Positions 60,991 to 64,000 of a stretch of 64,000 bases of DNA are shown here, piece after piece. The notes under the pieces were generated by a model. The model ran no database searches. It was not told the origin of the DNA and worked only from the letters and a program-made list of their open reading frames with translations. Position 1 is the stretch's first letter; the number at the start of each line of letters is the position of its first letter. The position numbers were made by a program, and so were the translations under genes. The stretch is from Syntrophales bacterium (GTDB taxonomy: Bacteria; Desulfobacterota; Syntrophia; Syntrophales; UBA2210): the NCBI GenBank assembly GCA_963666365.2, contig CAXXNF010000002.1, positions 1,120,001 to 1,184,000 of the forward strand, written 5' to 3'.

Positions 60991-63900
60991 TTAATAGTTA
61001 GCATTAGCATGAAGTGTCGTTGACACCCCTCCAGCTATAGCGCCACTGAAAAAGGCAGCATCAACAGCTACTGTTCCCCCTTTGAGCATAGCCGTGCCAG
61101 CACCTCCCCCAATAGCACCAGCTAATGCATTAATTGCAACAGAAAGTGTGTCAATATGACCGCACGGCTTTGAAATTTTTTGTCCAATTAGATCCGATGT
61201 TACTCCAACACCTGCCCCTATTGCCGCATTCACTAGAACAGATGAGCCAAACGATATTCCCGCCAAAGCTCCAACAGCGGCACCCATGAAAGCCCCTTTG
61301 ATAATACTTTCTCTCTTGAAAATTGCATCGGCAGTTCCAATTGCGGCACCCACAGCGGCACCAACTCCGGCAGCGGCCAAATTTATAAACAACCCCTCCG
61401 GATCCACTCCGTTCACTGGATCGTTCATGCAGTATCCGTAGAGGTCGGTGCTGCCGCCGGCGAAGAGGATGGGGTCTTTGGCGGTCCAGCGGCCGGTGTC
61501 GGGATCGTAGTCGCGGTGGCCGAATCTGATGAGGCTGGTGTCGCGGTCGTGGAGCCCCCCGGCAAAGCCGAAGGGAATCGCAAGTGTCGGGTTGCTGTCT
61601 GTGATGATGGTGCCGAAGCTGTCGTAGATGGTTTCTTTTACTATATTTCCGCTCTCGTCGGCAACTGTTTTGAGCGAGCCGACCTGATCATAGGCCAAAT
61701 AGTAGGACCCGCCGCTTGTGGTCATGGCATAGGGCATTCTGCCGTCAGCATATTCAAAGCGCATGAGCAGGGCGTCGCTTCCATCATAGACGGCAAGCAG
61801 CTTGGTCAATCCGAGCCAGAGGTATTTTTCGATGATGACGCCATTGACTGCTTTGGCGATCCTTCGCCCCAGCGGATCATGAACGTAATCGATGGCGGTG
61901 CCGTCGGGAAGCGTGACGCCCATAAGTTCTCCCCGGCTGGAGTAGTCGTAGGTGGTGGTGTTTCCCGAACCATCTGTTCTGGTAGTCAGAAAGCCGTCCA
62001 CGCTATACTGATAGGAAGTGTCCCCGACCGTCAGAAGATGATCCTCGTCGGAGTAGGCGTAACTCCTGCCCGCAATCCCCCTCAGACTGTTCATCTCATA
62101 GACCCTGACGCCGCTGAGATCATACTGGTATTCTTCCACCAAATTCCCGTTTCCATGCACTGTGCACAGCCGACCTGCGCAATCGTAACCATAATCGTAG
62201 GAGTTTGTTTCACCGCCGATGGTTTCCGTTTTTTCGATGATTCTCCCGTTGCTGTCCCGAACGGCGTGCCAGCCGGCTACCGGTTGGGAGGCAATGCTGC
62301 AGGTTTCCTCTTCTAATTCGCCATAGCCGTTATAGCTTCTCTCCACTGACAGATTGCCGTCAGCAACAGATTCGGGAAGACCGTTGCCGCTATTTCTTGC
62401 AATGGAGAATCGTCCCGCACCGGTAAGCAGACGATCCCTGTCATAGGAATATTCTTCCCTGTCGCCGGCATAGGCAACCCCAACAAGATTGAAGTCGCTG
62501 TTGTAGGAGAAGCCGAGCGACTGCGCAATCGTACCGCTGTGATGCGCTTCGGTGACCAGTGTTCCGTCGTAGCTGTAGTCGATTGCCTCCGTGCCGCTGG
62601 TAACGGATGCCACCTTTGTGCCGCACAGATAGGTATAGTGTATGCTTCCTTCCGGTGTAAGAACCTGCGTGAGCCGTGCGCCATCGTAGATATGTTCAAT
62701 CCGGTTTCCCGAGGGGAATGTGGTGCAGATAAGGCGCCGGTCTTTGTCATAGAGATAGCGATACGCCCCGCTGACAGGCGCCTGATAGAGCGAAAGATTG
62801 TTGACCCTGTTATAGTCGAAGATATGGCTGACGGAGGCGGGCGTCACAAGGGTTTCACGATTTCCATTTGCATCATAGCCGAAGTAAAGAACGCTATCGT
62901 CCGGCCGATAGAGGGCCGTCATCCGCCCTGCCGGGTCATAGTCATAGGTAGTGGTGAAACCCTGCGGATCGGTCCAGGAAGAGCAAAATCCTTCACCGTT
63001 GTAACTCCAGGTCATCTGCCGTGTTCCCTGTGTCAGAGATGTAAGCCTTTCTCGTCCATCGTAGCCGTAGAAGGTGTCAAAAAGACCGGGGACGCTGCTG
63101 CTTGTGATAAGAAGGGTTGCCGAGTCGTAGGCAGTGTTCGCGGTCCTTCCCTCCGGCGAGATTGCCGTCTTTTGTGACTGAATGACATCCTTTTCTAGAA
63201 CCGCAGCATTGCCGTTAACATTGACGGTTTCGGTAATCAGATCGAAAATCCCGTCGCTGTCGGTGTCTGCATACGATTTGCTCCGTTCGGTCGTCCGCTC
63301 CAACCCCGAGGGAGTGCGTTCCGTCATGGTCGTTATGTAAGGGTATTTATACTGCGGGTCCGTATCGTAGGTAAAGGCAAGATTCATTCCGCAGGACAGT
63401 GTCTTCTTTACCGAAAGACCGTCGGCCGATCGATTGAACAGAGTGGCGCTCCCGGTAGGATCAGTAATAATGGACGCGTATGCCCCTGTTGAATCAGTCC
63501 TATCCAGATAGGATGTCCTATTGCCTTCCGCCGTGAGAACATTGACAAGAACGGCCCCGTTTTCAAGGAGGGCTCGTTCATAATTCCAGCATCCGCCTTC
63601 TTCATCGAGTGCATCGGTAAGTCGACCGGTTGAATCGAAGAGGTGATCGAATCTGTTTCCCGACGGTTCCGTCTCGACGAGCAAAAGCCCCTCGGGCGTG
63701 TAATCAAAGGTGTAAACGGCGCCATCGGGACCTGTAACACCGGTAAGATGGTTGTGCTCATCTATAGTCAACGTGGTAATCAGCCCGTCGGAGGAGACAA
63801 TGGCCGTGGGAATGCCGTCTCCATCGCGTTGCAGTGCAACGACAGCGCCGAAACGGTCATAAATGGCAGTCAGGTTATTATTATCGTCGTATTCGAATCG

Positions 63901-63999
63901 GTACAGCATCACCCCAGTATCGGGATCTATTGTTTGTGTATGCAACCCCGCAGCGGACATAATATAGGCCATGCCGTCATTATCGACAAACACAAGGTC
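60991..63999 (-). CDS. YD-repeat/Rhs toxin, teneurin-like; N-terminus beyond the window; 132-aa Gly/Ala-rich C-terminal tip
   Basis: Many YD repeats; Rhs-associated core FGFAGGLHD...RDYDPDTGRWTAKDP; PVNGVDPEGL cleavage motif. Confidence 0.92.
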   Translation of the reverse strand, partial: DLVFVDNDGMAYIMSAAGLHTQTIDPDTGVMLYRFEYDDNNNLTAIYDRFGAVVALQRDGDGIPTAIVSSDGLITTLTIDEHNHLTGVTGPDGAVYTFDYTPEGLLLVETEPSGNRFDHLFDSTGRLTDALDEEGGCWNYERALLENGAVLVNVLTAEGNRTSYLDRTDSTGAYASIITDPTGSATLFNRSADGLSVKKTLSCGMNLAFTYDTDPQYKYPYITTMTERTPSGLERTTERSKSYADTDSDGIFDLITETVNVNGNAAVLEKDVIQSQKTAISPEGRTANTAYDSATLLITSSSVPGLFDTFYGYDGRERLTSLTQGTRQMTWSYNGEGFCSSWTDPQGFTTTYDYDPAGRMTALYRPDDSVLYFGYDANGNRETLVTPASVSHIFDYNRVNNLSLYQAPVSGAYRYLYDKDRRLICTTFPSGNRIEHIYDGARLTQVLTPEGSIHYTYLCGTKVASVTSGTEAIDYSYDGTLVTEAHHSGTIAQSLGFSYNSDFNLVGVAYAGDREEYSYDRDRLLTGAGRFSIARNSGNGLPESVADGNLSVERSYNGYGELEEETCSIASQPVAGWHAVRDSNGRIIEKTETIGGETNSYDYGYDCAGRLCTVHGNGNLVEEYQYDLSGVRVYEMNSLRGIAGRSYAYSDEDHLLTVGDTSYQYSVDGFLTTRTDGSGNTTTYDYSSRGELMGVTLPDGTAIDYVHDPLGRRIAKAVNGVIIEKYLWLGLTKLLAVYDGSDALLMRFEYADGRMPYAMTTSGGSYYLAYDQVGSLKTVADESGNIVKETIYDSFGTIITDSNPTLAIPFGFAGGLHDRDTSLIRFGHRDYDPDTGRWTAKDPILFAGGSTDLYGYCMNDPVNGVDPEGLFINLAAAGVGAAVGAAIGTADAIFKRESIIKGAFMGAAVGALAGISFGSSVLVNAAIGAGVGVTSDLIGQKISKPCGHIDTLSVAINALAGAIGGGAGTAMLKGGTVAVDAAFFSGAIAGGVSTTLHANANY

Positions 64000-64000
64000 G

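Noticed and set aside
52181..62598. Diversity-generating retroelement template/variable repeats
   Set aside because: No reverse transcriptase; differences are not adenine-specific and whole tips are replaced.
1..64000. tRNA or rRNA genes
   Set aside because: No cloverleaf or rRNA-like sequence was recognised by eye in the intergenic regions; a covariance-model scan was not possible.

Overview
Bacterial chromosomal window, probably from an anaerobic deltaproteobacterium (Desulfobacterota/Syntrophales-like; inferred from gene content). Positions 1-50.9 kb are mostly ordinary. They hold era-der, a liv ABC operon, and the long minus-strand run rpsB-tsf-pyrH-frr-uppS-cdsA-dxr-rseP-tsaB-psd-pssA-asd-rsmD-coaD-aminotransferase. 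They also hold a PAS kinase/response regulator pair, a two-subunit CoA-transferase, glgB, a second liv-type transporter with an embedded acyl-CoA ligase and a carboxyltransferase, and several accessory genes. Positions ~51.0-64.0 kb form the most striking region, an island built on a teneurin-like YD/Rhs toxin gene that runs off the right edge. Downstream of it are its immunity gene, two silent orphan toxin-tip/immunity cassettes and a Cys-rich secreted-protein cassette. Every cassette is bounded, mostly within a few nucleotides, by a 25-bp inverted repeat (AATTCCGGGGACAGTATACTTAATT, about 19 full, partial or degenerate copies). This repeat is the end of a HUH (Y1/RAYT-like) transposase element present as four near-identical copies plus a 174-bp internally deleted miniature. 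One copy is interrupted by a complete IS66 with an 8-bp target duplication. The architecture suggests a HUH-transposase-driven system for storing and shuffling polymorphic toxin cassettes. That mechanism is inference and needs long-read and experimental confirmation.
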